The translations under genes and the position numbers were made by a program. The notes under the pieces were generated by a model. That model did no database searches and was not told where the DNA came from. It worked only from the letters and a program-made list of their open reading frames with translations. 64,000 nt of DNA from Takakia lepidozioides (Eukaryota; Plantae; Bryophyta), in assembly GCA_030704615.1 (NCBI GenBank), contig CM060731.1, positions 62,124,001 through 62,188,000 on the forward strand. Reading direction: 5' to 3'. Below, piece after piece: positions 36,321-49,283 of this stretch; positions within the stretch are counted from its first letter, which is position 1, and each line of letters opens with the position of its first letter.

Positions 36321-39300
36321 GTCACTTGAAATTTCATATCTCCTCATAGGGTAGCTTTAATTGGTTATTTTCCATGAATTTATTGAGTAATCCAATCATT
36401 GTCCCAAGAAAGCCTAATTTGCTATTTTTCACGAATTTCCATCAACCAAAAAGTACTTGAAATTCGACTGGAAAAACCAATTTGTTGTTTTCCATGAATT
36501 TTTTGAGGAGCAAGAATTTCCAGCAACCCAAAGTACTTGAAATTCCATATCTCCTTATAGGTAGCTTCAATTTATTGTTTTCGATGAATTTATTGAGTAA
36601 TTTAGTAGTAATACATCAAATCATTAATGATATATCTCCCGTCGAGGCTCCAACCATTGTCCCATGAGAGCCCACTTTGCTATTTTCCCAAAATTTCCGG
36701 CGACCCAAAGTACTTGAAATTCCACATCTCCCACACCACAAGTCCAAAAATCATGAGACCAAGTCGATGCACCCCTCCTCATCAAGGGCTTTCCAACGGT
36801 TCCAAGCACCAAGGCTGGGCCCCCGCGGTTTGGCACATCTCAACGTGACAAAACAAAACAAAACAAACCAAACAAATGTCTCGACTTCATATATTGAGCA
36901 CTTTTTTTTTCCACAGAGTCTACAACTAGATTTGAACCGGAGACCTTTCCCTTGATAATCTCTCATGTTGAGGCTCCAACAATTGTCCCAGGAATGCCCA
37001 CTTTGCTATTTTTCCCGAATTTTCAGTGACCAAAAGTACTTGGAATTCCACATCTCCCACATCTTGGTCCAAAAATCATGAGACCAAGCCGGTGCACCCC
37101 TCCTCATCGAAGGCTTTCCAATGGCACAAAGCACCAGTGCTGGGGCCGTGGTTTGGGAGATCTCAATGACGCTACAAAGCAAAACAAAACAAAACAAACA
37201 AATAAACAAACAAACAACCGTCTCCCTTCAATATTGACTAGGGTAGCCTCTGCCGTTGGCCCCAGTGTCCAATATCATCTAAGTCCAAGTGCAATCCCCT
37301 ATCATCCAAGTGCGTCTCCTATGTCGAGGCCCAAATGCGACTCTAGGATAGCCTATGCCATTGGCCCAAGTGTCCAATGTCATCTAAGCCCAAGTGCAAG
37401 ATCTCCTATATATCCCAATGCATTTCCTATGTGTGTGACCTCTAGTTTATATTAATACTTTTTGTTATACAATTATATATTGAGAAAGCCGATTTTTTTT
37501 TTCCACGAATTTATTGAGTACTAGTATATCCAATTATTATTGATATATCTCCCGTCGAGGCTCCAATCATTGTCTGAGGAAAGCCCACTTTGCTATTTTT
37601 CGCGAATTTCCAGCCACCAACAGTAATTGAAATTCCATATCTCCCACACCGCAAGTCCAAAAATCATGAGACCAAGCCGGTGCACACCTCCCCATCGAGG
37701 GCTTTCCAACGGCACCAAACACCGGTGCTGGGCCCGTGGTTTGGGAGATCTCAACGATGCTACAAACAAAACAAAACAAAAGCTCGATTCAAACATTGAT
37801 GGGTTTCTGTCTTTGCTATTTTTCCCGAATTTCTAGCAACCAAAAGTACTTGAAATTCCATATCTCCTCATAGGGTAGCTTCAATTGATTGTTTTCCATG
37901 AATTCATTGAGTAATCCCGTCATTGTCCAATCATTTGCTATTTTTCATGAATTTCCAGCAACTAAAAGTACGTGAAATTCGACTAAAAAAACCAATTTGT
38001 TGTTTTCCATGAATCTATTGAGTAGCAAGAATTACTAGGGTAGCTTGTGCCGTTGGCCCAAGTGCAATCCCCTATGTATCCCAGTGCCTCTCCTATGGCA
38101 AGGCCCAAGTGTGACCTCTAGTGTAGCCTGTGCCGTTGGCCCAAGTGTCCAGTGTCATCTATCTCCAAGTGCAATCTCCTATATATCCAATATCCAGAGA
38201 CGGGCACTCTTTGGGAGATCTAGGGTAGCCTGTGCCATTGGCCCATGTGTGAAGAATCTAAGCCCAAGTGCAATCTCCTATGTACCCAAGTGCATCTCCC
38301 ATGTAGAGGCCCAAGTGCGACCTCCAGTGTCCAATGTCACCTAAGAGCATCTCCACGTGACACGGTACTTGCCCAAAAACGGCAATGCGGAGTGGCGGGG
38401 TCCTAAAAAGGCCGCGGGGCTTGCTTCACAGTTGCCTCGCCTCGGACCCATAGAATTGCTGCAGCCCCACCTCAAATCTACCTCCCACATGGTACTTTTG
38501 CCAAACATACATGGACCCCGCCAACCACTCTACATTAAATTTGTGAGGTCTAAGAGATATGACGTCCTCGGTCAACGCGCCAAGATTGTGATCGGACGAT
38601 AGGCCGGCCTTGGGGCTATCTGGCAAGCCACCGTCCGAACGGGGAGTGCCAACCCAAACCTTCCCCGTAAAAACTACCATTGTCCTTGTAACCAGTGTAA
38701 ATGACGTTTGATGGGCATGCTCACCGTGGAGATGCTCTTAGTCCAAGTGCAATCCTAAAGCCCACTTTGTTATTTTTGCAATCTCCCGTGTCGAGGCTCA
38801 ATCAATTGATATATCCACTTTATTATTTTTCGCGAATTTCCAGCGACCAAAAGTACTTGAAATTCCAAATCTGCCACATGAAGGGCCAATCATTGCTCCA
38901 AGAAAGCCATGCTATTTTTCCCGAATTTCCAACGGCCAAAAGTACTTGGAATTCGACATCTCCCACACCGTTGGCCCAAAAATTATGAGACTAAGCCAGG
39001 GTACCTCTCCTCATCGAGGGCTTTCCAACGACACCAAGCACCGGGGTTGGGGCATCACGGTTTGGGAGGTCTCAACGATGCTACAAACAAACAAACAAAC
39101 AAACAAACAAACATCTCGCTTCATATATTGATTCTACTTCGTTTCATATATTGATGGGTTTTTGTCTTTGCTATTTTTCACGAATTTCCAGCAACCAAAA
39201 GTACTTAAAACTCTATATCTCCTCATAAATTTACTATTTTCCATGAATTTATTGAGTAATTTAGTAGCAATCCATCAAATCATTAAATATATATCTCCCG

Positions 39301-39900
39301 TCGAGGCTCCAACCATTGTCCCATGAGAGCCACTTTGCTAATTTTCCCAAATTTCCAGCGACCCAAAGTACTTGAAATTCCATATATCCCACACCGCAAG
39401 TCCAAAAATCACGAGACCAAGTTGGTGCACCCCTCCTCATCGAGGGCTTTCCAACGGTACCAAACACCAAGGCTAGGGCCCGCGGTTTGGCACATCTCAA
39501 AGTGACAAACCAAAAAAAACAAAACAAGGAGCTCCGCCATAAGAGGCTCTGTCCTTTGGTAATTTTGTGGTTGTTGTTTTAACTTATATTTTTTCTAGGG
39601 CTTCATGAATCATTCCCATCAACCCTCCATAGATTAGGCTTAATGGATAAGCTTAGTTCTCTCCCTAAAGATGTCTCCACCTAGGCAAGAAGTCTCCAAA
39701 TGCCTCTATCCCTTGCGGGTCCCATCAACCCTCTAAAGATTAGGCTCTCTCTCTCTAGGCTTAATGGATAAGCCCAGTTCTCCATTCTCCGCCTAGGCAA
39801 GAAGTCTCCACAATGCCTCTATCCAACAAGGGATAGAGCCAACAACAAAACAAAACAAAACAAAACAAAACAAAACGTCTAGCTTCATATATTGATCATC
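36320..39900 (+). repeat. Cluster of dispersed ~250-bp non-coding repeats ending in (CAAAA/CAAA)n, interleaved with GCCCAAGTG-rich repeats
   Basis: Copies at about 36627-36875, 36965-37215, 37545-37780, 38905-39112 and 39290-39527 share AAGTACTTGAAATTCCA...TCATGAGACCAAG...GGGCTTTCCAACG. Fragments recur at 48295-48640. Confidence 0.8.
38345..38737. mobile_element. PIF/Harbinger-type (Tourist-like) MITE
   Basis: TIR GAGCATCTCCACG / CGTGGAGATGCTC, flanks TAA and TTA. It interrupts a repeat whose empty form CATCTAAGTCCAAGTGC occurs near 37276. Confidence 0.85.
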
Positions 39901-40537
39901 CAGATGCAATCGTGGATGTACTTCAACTAGATCTACTGAAGTTGTATCTTTGGAATATGCTCAGCAGCAGAAAGTGTCGAGCTGCAATCCATCTTCCGTG
40001 AACAAAGGGACGGTGAACTTTAAAGGTGCAAGAATGTGGCAGTAAGTAATTATCCAGACTGGAGTGTTGGCAACCGTGCGCGTCTCCAACCTCATGCGTG
40101 GCACCAAGTGATTACACGAATCACATTAGCTTAATTATAGCTAATTGTCACTTTTTCTTCTCTCGTGTGGAAAGGGTGCTGCCAAAAAGAGGATTCCAGT
40201 TTTCAGCGAGCTGGTCCCGCTGCGCTCGGGCATCGCATCTCTCGTCTCAAGGAAGTGTGTGCATCACAGGATTGTATGCTGCACCGGATTAGGTTGGTCT
40301 CTGCAATTGCTTCAGTTTTTTGTTCATGCTATTCTGGATCATACTTGAGCTGTTTAACCGTCCTACCTCCGTACAGATGTTGATTTGAGCTGTCAAAGAA
40401 GTTCTCCAAACATGTCTGATTTCCGGTGTCTTTTTTCACCGTCGGTTTCTACTTAGGGTATGGATTTTCAAGTTTGTTGTTGTGCTTCGATTGCAACATT
40501 GCAGAATCGCATCTGTTTTGGTTCTAGAGGCAGATCG

Positions 40538-43500
40538 ATGTATTGTCTGGAAGTTTTAGCCGTGGAATGGACGAGTCTGGGATTGAAGAAGCTGGGGACG
40601 ACGGCAGCGTCAGTTCTCGCGTGGGAGTATGTTGTGCTGATGCTCCTAGTAACATCAATTTGGCTATATCATGTGCTGGATTTCCATTTTGTGGGAGACC
40701 TGGTGAGCGGATTTAGGGGCGATGTCGTTTGCTGTGCTGTGTCTTGGTTGAGTGACAACGCTGCTAATTTTATCGTATTGGAGTGCTGTCTTTCCTTCTG
40801 GCTTTGGTGGCAGTATTGTGGAACTCCCAAGTGAATTCCAGAGTGAATCTCAATATTGTCTCAACAATGAAGAAACCGTGTGAATAATCCAAAGTCAGGG
40901 TAGAGGGCTGAGTTTCGTCTGGTAAAATTCCTATTGGAAACTATCATGCTAGAGCTTCCGTGTTTCATTTTCTGTTCAGTTGAGGAACAGGAAATCAAAG
41001 TGGATTATCTCCTGTTTTGGGGATCTCCACGGAAAAGTACACCCGTTGAAATAGATTTGCTCTGCCTTCAATGGGCAGTCAAGGTCCTTGGCACAATTGT
41101 TTTGGTGAATATAAGTTCCTTCAAGTTAATCCTGGTTCAAATTCCAAAAGTTATCTCTGCCTGGAAATAGTTATGATCTCACCTATATTTTTGGCCACTG
41201 TTACAGTCTCGAAGATAGTAAGTTGAAAAGCAATGCAATTGTTATTGCCTGCATTAGAAGCAGCAACACTTGCGATCTTTTTGACTCCCTACTGGCATAT
41301 TGCTTAGGTATTGGGCAACAACATGGCTTGCCAGTCCGCACCTGCAGACTTGTTTTCTACATTTCCATGGCCGGCCACCACCTGTTGAGTACCATCGGTA
41401 AGTCCCGCAGACCTACAGACCCACACCTTCATGTATCATTGTTGACTGTTAGCAGTTTCCTCTCTAAATGTTTGCTAGGTTGATGACTGACTAATGTCAC
41501 GGTGCCACATTGCTCGGAGGATTCCACAGCACCAGATGGACCTTCACTTAGAAGGTATGGTAGGTTGGGGTGGCAGGCAGCTTTTTATCACAGCAGATGG
41601 AGGAACGATAGCGCTTGACTGGGTTAAATCACATTCCTGTAAGGCTTGTTGTAAACCGTCACTCCGTGATTGTCTTTTTTGTTTGCAATCAGTACGTGCA
41701 GGAGGGAAAAAGGGGACGCAAATATGTAGAGCACTACTTTAACAAAATAACACTGGTTGCAGTTAATCAGGAAGATGGGGATGAAAGCAAGCTGCGCACC
41801 TCAGCTTTAGATGAAACTCCAATTGTCATTATCATTCCTGGTTTAACAAGTCAGTCCAATGATGCAGTAAGTCTCCGGCTTCTTTTCCGAGCAATAATAA
41901 TTCTACTTGTTCTTGCCAGCTTGTAGATCTGAAGGCTTTGATTATATCAGTCTAGCTCCATATTCTCAGAAGGGAGAGGTTTCAAGGATTGGAATTCATA
42001 GTGAATATTGATGAACCTGGTGGGGACAGTATGTGAAGCACATTGCACACAGCACAACAGTGAAGGGATGGAGAGCATTAGTGTGCAATCATCGTGGTCT
42101 GGAGGTGTCTCCATCACTGTGAGTGCTTTCTCTCAGCATTATCTTTGGACTTTTGGTTGAGGTCTTAGAGCAAATAAAACCTTGAGATTATGCAGCCGCA
42201 GCTCAAATATAATGTGATTTCAACTGAAGTTGATCATGGGCATGCATGATGTAAGATCCTACAAGTTGTAGTCGACTTCTCTTGAACACAATAGAAGAAT
42301 TGTAGATTTGATGGAGAACGGGAGAATCTGTGACCTTCGCCCCTTTGTCTTTCTTTGTATCGGATTCTGCCCCTGACGGAGGTAGGTTCTGTTCCTTTTG
42401 TTCCCGCTCAAACTGGGCGCGGGGTCAATGGCCACAAGGCTACGGCAAACGTCTTATGAGTACAATTTGTATTGGATTCTGCACTGGTTTAGTGAGATGT
42501 TGTGTGAAGTGTTTTTTGGCAGTTGTGTTTCGGGCTGAGCTGACTTTCCACTATGTATGGATGGCAGTCAGACAAGCTTTATAATGCTGGGTGGACAGAG
42601 GATCTTCGGAGGATTATCCAGTATGTCCACAAGAAGTATCCCCGAGCGCTGTTATTTACAATTGGCACAAGCCTCGGAGCCAACATACTGGTACTTTGGC
42701 GAAAATTGTTCAGTTAGTGGTAGAGGTGGATGTGGATGTTTCTACGTTTCTACCACTGTCCCTGACAACCTGGATAAGTGCCCGTGAATGTTGGGGCCCT
42801 TGTAGATGTACAGATTGGAGGCATACATGGATGTTTGCTGAAGCAACTTATTGAAGGAAGTGGTCAGAAATGACATTACTGCTAAATTCCTTGCTTCGAA
42901 CGTTAGAATAACCTTGTTACTATTGTGCAGGTGAAGTACCTGGGAGAAGAAGGTGCAGCTACACCCGTCGGTGCTGCAGCAGCTATTTGCTGTCCTTGGG
43001 ATCTTGTGGTATGTCCAGTTATTCCCCTTGCAATAGTTGCACAGCTTGGATGTAAAAACTATTGTTTGCAACTTGACAAACTCTATTGGATAGATAGAAT
43101 ATGGAGGGGGTTGCTATTCTATCAGCCATCACTGTGACGTGGATGCGGAACACCGGGACACGTGGCAATCAATTTTTTTTCCCCAAGGTTGCCTGTAAAT
43201 TTGTGCTTGGATTCATGAGAGACATTAATGCAGAATGACAGGGTATTGTCCCCAAACACTACCTTTGGTTACAAAAGGTGGAGACTGATCTCGAAAACTA
43301 AATGTATTTCTGGGATTTACAACCTTAGCTTCTGATAGTATAAACCTACAGTAGACATGGACTGTTAAAAAAACAAGCGCCACACATGTTATCAAATGAT
43401 GTAGACAAGCCAACACATCAAAAGGTTGACCACAAAATTTCGGGGACACCACGAAAAAGAATAAAAGGTCCAAGAAATAATTTGGGGACACCACCTTTGG

Positions 43501-46500
43501 TCCGAAGAAGGTGGGCATAAAAATCAAATATCCAAAATTTTTTTGGAGGAGACCACCTTCGTCCGACGAAGGTGGGCATAAAATTCAAAGATCCAAATTT
43601 TCTTAGGAAAAGACCACCTTCATTCAACGAAGGTGGGGAATAAAAGTCAAAGATCCAAAAAACTTTTGGTGAAAACTACCTTCCTTGAACGAAAATGGGC
43701 ATAAAAATCAAGGATCAAATACTGGATTCTGGTGAATCAAATATGGATAGTACTGCTAAAAAAGTTTCTGTGTTCCATGTATGTGTGACAGGTGTGTGAC
43801 AGATTCCTTTCAAGGAATGGGGTGCAGAATATTTACAATAAAATCCTTGCAAGTAGCATGCTCGAGTATGCCCAATTGTATGTACTAAATTCTTTCCATA
43901 TTCTCACTGGCCTCTCGAAGTCGGATGAATACTCAAGGGGTAATCTCTCCCGGTTTGGGTGCGTTTAGTCTCTTGCCTCTGGTCAGAAAAGGTTCGCCAT
44001 CATTTTTTGAGAGAGGACTCCTTTGGTGATCCTGTTGGAGGTGAGATGTACTTTTCTGTTTCAAGTGTCAAATTTGCTTACTTTTTGGTTTGGTTTTGAC
44101 ATTTGTGTAGGCACCAGAGTGCCGTCTCACGCCTTGTGGACTGGAATCTCTTAAGCAAGGTTAGTGCTGATTGGAATTGTCATCATTATGATGTAAATAT
44201 TTGTTCACGATTTCAAAAAACCTTAAAAGTCTTTTTGCTCTTGATGTTATTTTGACAGACTAAAACCATACGCGATTTTGACAACTACTGTACACGGCTG
44301 ATTGGAAAGTTTGAGGTATGGATTACAGCTCTGGCCTGTATGGTCTCTGTCCGCCAGGTTTTGTGAAAGAGACTTTAATAACGGGGTTCATGTTCATGGT
44401 GCTGATCAAATGTCATCGATTGTATTTTTTGAGTTGCAAATGGTTGTCGAAGGGCGAGTAGTATGAGCAATATTATTTATCTATTCACATCTGTGACTAC
44501 AGACTTGTTTTTAAACAGGTCCAGTTTTGTGTCTACATAAATTTTTGGTGTGAACTGGAGTGCAGACCGTGGACACTTTTTACCGGCAGTGTAGCAGCGC
44601 CAATTATCTGGCAGATGTCGCAGTACCCCTTCTCTGTTTCAACTCCTTGGATGATCCAGTCTGCACCAAGGAGGCTATACCCTGGGATGAAGTCACGTAA
44701 GCTCCCCTCAAAAGCATAGATCAGTTTAGAATCACCCGGGTGTAATTGTGTGCCACACATGAACAAGGGTTATGTTTTAAGGTGAGTCTAATGTGAGTAC
44801 CGCAACACTTCTGGGTTCCATACAGGAAAGGATATCAAAACAGTGAAGGGTCATTGACTGTGCATTGTTAATCCCCGGTCATTATATGCAGTGCAAACCC
44901 GAATGTGGTGTTGGCAGTAACACAACATGGAGGCCACCTGGCGTGCTTTGAAGGCATGACAGCTTACAGCATTTGGTATGCACACCCAGCTCTACGCTCC
45001 TCGTCAGATTTCAGCTCAAGTTGTTTCTAGCTCAAAGCTGCTCATACAACAGGCAGGGAAACCGTCTGCTTGTGGTTACGGGGTTGTTGGATTGTTATCT
45101 TGAAATAAAGGTGTCTTGGTGCAGGTGGGTACGTGCCTTGACAGAGTTCATGACATTTGTCATTCCAAGTTCTCTCATGCACAAACCACAGAAGGTAAGA
45201 GCTTCTTTATTCATCATCAGTGCCAGGATAATCTTGTTACATTTCTCTCAGCGGCCTCTTGATTTCGCAGAGAAACTACTACAGTTGTCTAGCCTGGGAA
45301 AAAATATAAGAAATGGGGGCAGATGGGGCCCTCTTCTTATACTAACTGTATGCATGTCATGAAACATGGATCCCTCTTTGTGGCGGCAGTTTGAGGGAAG
45401 GAGCCTAATGGCCTGCATATGTGACAGCACACACATGGCTGGTCTAGTGAAATTTTGCCCACCAGGACCCTCGGGTATCCTGAATAAGATTCCACTTAGT
45501 GATATGATTATAGCATTGGGAATCATAAAAAGTTTGGGTTACCGGATGACAGTTTCCAGACTCCCACTTCAAGATTATCGGAGGCTTTGATATTGACAAG
45601 GCACCATACATAAACCTCTCAGATAGTGGCCAGGTAGCAGCACAGGATTTGAGCGCTGGACCAGGACCTGAGGAGAATGGGGATATACTACAGCCAGTCA
45701 GATTGAGCCCTAAAGAAGAGCAGCAGGGTAAGCCTTGGACTCCAAAGAGGGATGATAACAGTCACGAGTCTTCAATCGATCAAGCACCTTTTGTGAGTCT
45801 GTCAAAGACAGGGAGGCTGGCACCAAGCATGTCTGACAATGATGACACTTTCTCATCCATAATTGATGGCAATGAGCAGATTGTTCTCCAAGGAGAGAAC
45901 TGTCTGTCAGAACACAAAAGGCCGCTTCAAGAATCTGCAGTCCCCACAATGGAGGAAATTAAGGGTGGGGTTGCAGGTTTTGTTGGGAAAGGTTCCAGCA
46001 TAAATCTTGGGAGGGATAATGCTGAGACTTCAATTGAGAGGGAAGCCTCAACCTCCACAGCAACCTCCACAGAACTTCTAGCAGAGGAGTTGACTCCAAT
46101 CACCAGAGAGGATGGATCGGAAGGACAGTCGGGTGGCCAGGCAGGGATTACACTTCATTTCAAGGATCGTACCGAGCTTCTTGCCTTGCAGTCAGCGTTG
46201 ACACAGCTACTGGGCCAGGTTTTAGCTTTATTTACCATCGACATCTGCTATGTGTGTTCTTCCTAGACTTCAATTTTTTGTAAGTGAGACCTAAGAAAGT
46301 CAATAAAATTTCAGAGTGTGTTAAGTAGGCAGTACATGGTGACCTCAGATGTTGGAAGGTTTCCGATTGAACCATGTGCCATATGGCAGGCATTACAGAG
46401 GAGCCCTCCAGTACTGCAAGCCAGGAGGGCAACTATATTTGTGTATGCAGCTACTAGCTTATCTTGATTCCACTTTATATGATTTGTAATCAAAGCGGTT

Positions 46501-47074
46501 GTTGCGGACGTGTTGGTTGCAGTTCCAATCATCTGCAGTGACCACTGATCAGCAGTTCCGCAATCATGGCAAGCTGGGTGCACCTGAAGCAACAGACACC
46601 CAGCAGTACATCTGGACACAGAATATTGGAGGGGAGGCAGACGATCTCAAAACTTCAGCTCCCATTTCGTCATTGCAGGCATCCTCAGCACCAGCAATTG
46701 AAGTGCCCATTTATCTGTCTGCGATAGCTTCTGTCACTAATTGCATGGAGGCAGCAATCGACTTGGCTGAACCAAACAAGCAGCTCAAAAGCAAATCGTC
46801 TGGGGAGCTGGGACCAGTGCATGTCGTCACTAAACCAGCTGCAAGCAGTGTGCAGGACAGAAATAAGTCCGAGACAGCGGCTCTGAAATGTGGTAGTAAA
46901 CGTCAGCTAGATGCCAGAGATCCACTTGCTAAAGGGTTTGCAGGGCTGGCAGCACAAAATCGGCGAACACTTTGGCTTCTCACTTACATAGCATTGGTGA
47001 CAACATTCCCACTCTTTGGGTCCGCTCTTTTTATACGCGCTCGCAGCAGATTGACAGCTTTCAAGCGCTATTAA
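40538..47074 (+). CDS. Multi-exon alpha/beta-hydrolase family protein (ABHD1/3, EMB8-like) with N- and C-terminal hydrophobic segments
   Basis: Exons in order: WLYHVLDFHFVGD; WLASPHLQT; ADGGTIALDW; IIPGLTS; NHRG; LYNAGWTED..GTSLGANIL (nucleophile elbow); VKYLGEEG..CCPWDL; IRDFD; SLDDPVC; HGGHLA; QNRRTLWLLTYIALVTTFP. GT-AG junctions. Confidence 0.9.
43488..43722 (+). repeat. ~62-bp tandem repeat (about 4 copies) inside a hydrolase intron
   Basis: Unit CCACCTT..GTCCGA.GAAGGTGGGCATAAAA.TCAAA.ATCCAAA, with internal CCACCTT/AAGGTGG dyad. Confidence 0.8.
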
Positions 47075-49283
47075 AAAACAAACAGGCTGCTTAGGCACGT
47101 TTCTCAAACCACATCTTCACATTAGGCATCTTCATGCGGCACATGAAAAGAGAAAAAATTATATAAAGCTTTGAGGCCTCCGTCCCTCTTGAGAAAAAAA
47201 AAAAAAAAAAAAAATGATTTTCTTAAGAATACAAACAAGCGGCTAGTCGCGTATGGCTCCTCTCTGTGAATAGTGGAATCTACTTCCATCCATATTGAAA
47301 AAATCATCCATTTATTGGCTCCTCCCTATAAGGGAGAGACCATGCATGCATTGGTGCCAAAATTGAGTAAGATCCTGATATACCTCCACTAGATAGTACC
47401 TACATGAAGCACATAATCCTCCCCTACTTAAATGTTAGCTTGAATGTACCTTGGTTGGATAAGACCCATAAATGAATCTTTGGCGGGGAAGGTAGGAAGG
47501 CTCGGAAGTTCTTCCACTGCGAGAAATGGGGCTATGCAATGCAGCACCGACGTAAGCCTCAACATTCCCCCAAAAAGCCCACACGCCCCCATGGATTATG
47601 TACTAGAGAACACGCCCCCTAGGGCGCATTATGGCACCTAGTTCGTCCTAAGTCTCGCCCCGAAGCCTCAACATTCCCCCAAAAAGCCCACACGCCCCCA
47701 TGGATTATGTACTAGAGTGAGTCACTAGGGCGACCCCAGGAGGGCGAGACCAGGACGAACTAGGTGCCATGCGTTCCCTGGCGTAAAGGACTTTTGGGGG
47801 CAGATTCTGCAAGGCCCTGATTGGCTGCATGCCATAATGAGCCATTAAAAGTCAAACTGCCGATTATGGCAGTCAAACAGCCGAATAGGAATGCAGAGTG
47901 GTGAGTACCTAACCTCTTCGAACCTTTCTTCTACCATAACATTGTGAGTGGGAAGTACAAGTACAAGAAACTACTACTACCTAATTATGATCGTGAAAAT
48001 TTCTAATGAAATGGAAAATGAGTCCAGTGTGGAGAGACTGGTCCATTGGTAGGACAACCAAATGATTCAGTCATAACTTAAAGGTCTTCATCTTTACAGC
48101 TCCAAGGGTAGGTATTGAAGGATAATGGAGGCGTACAGAGGCATAAGAGGCTTGTGGCAGAATTAGAGACTATATACACAGGGCCAGTGCAAAGTTAGCA
48201 CGAATTGCTCTTCCAAATGAGCAAGCTGGACATAACGTCCACTAGGTTGGTCATATTTATTGAGGGAGCTTTCCATCCCACCTGCTCTAATCACCCCGTA
48301 GGTCCAAAAATCATGAGACCAAGCGTGTGCACCCCTCCTCATTAAGTCCAAGTGCATCAATATATGAAGCAAGCCATATTTAATCATTTTTTTTCCATAG
48401 AGCCTACGACCAGATTTGAACTAGAAACCTTTCCCTTGATATTTCTCCTGTTGAGGCTCCAATCATTGTCCAGTGACCAAAAGTACTTGAAATTCATTTT
48501 AGCCATATCTCATCATTTTTTTCCACAGAGCCTACGAACAGGTTTGAACCGGAGACCTTTCCCAATATCTATCCTGTCGAGGCTCCAACCATTGTCCTAG
48601 GAATGCCCACTTTGCTTATTTCCGCGAATTTCCAACGACCTTCATATATCGATTGGCTCCAGTGTCTCAGTTACTGGATCCCTCGAACAGTAGGATCTGT
48701 AAGTTGGCTGAACTATTTTTTCCTTTCCTCGTCCATCACATTCATTGATATGTACAGGCTGGTGAAATAAGACATAGACTCGCGAAGTTTGCGAGGAAAA
48801 GAGTGGTTGCGGCGGTGATATAATTGCATGTGCAGCAGTGGGTGGGACCAAAGTCCCATCATTTCAGCGTAGCTACGGCGTGAGCCCAGCCCCGTGAGCC
48901 TGGGAGCTGAGCTCACGTTGTAGCTGCAAAGCGTGAGCTGAGCTCACGCTTCAAGGAAGCGTGAGCGGCACAAATTTGCTGGAGAAGCAGGTCCTATAGG
49001 CGAGGATTGCAAGAAGAGGGCCTATTACCGTGGACAATACAAAGGGGGCCACCATGCACCATGTCTACAATGCCTGCACAAAAAGAGTAATATGAAAATA
49101 TGGCAGAATAGAGCTCAGAATGATTGACACACTCTATTTCAATTCACAGATAGACGCTTACAATGAATGGCATGTGCATTTGCCCTGGTTCCGTGAACGA
49201 AATGTATGTGTTTGTCCTAAATGCAAAGTCTTCACACGGTAACCTTGAAACCAGTATGGGAAGTGGGCATGGCTCGTATGTGT

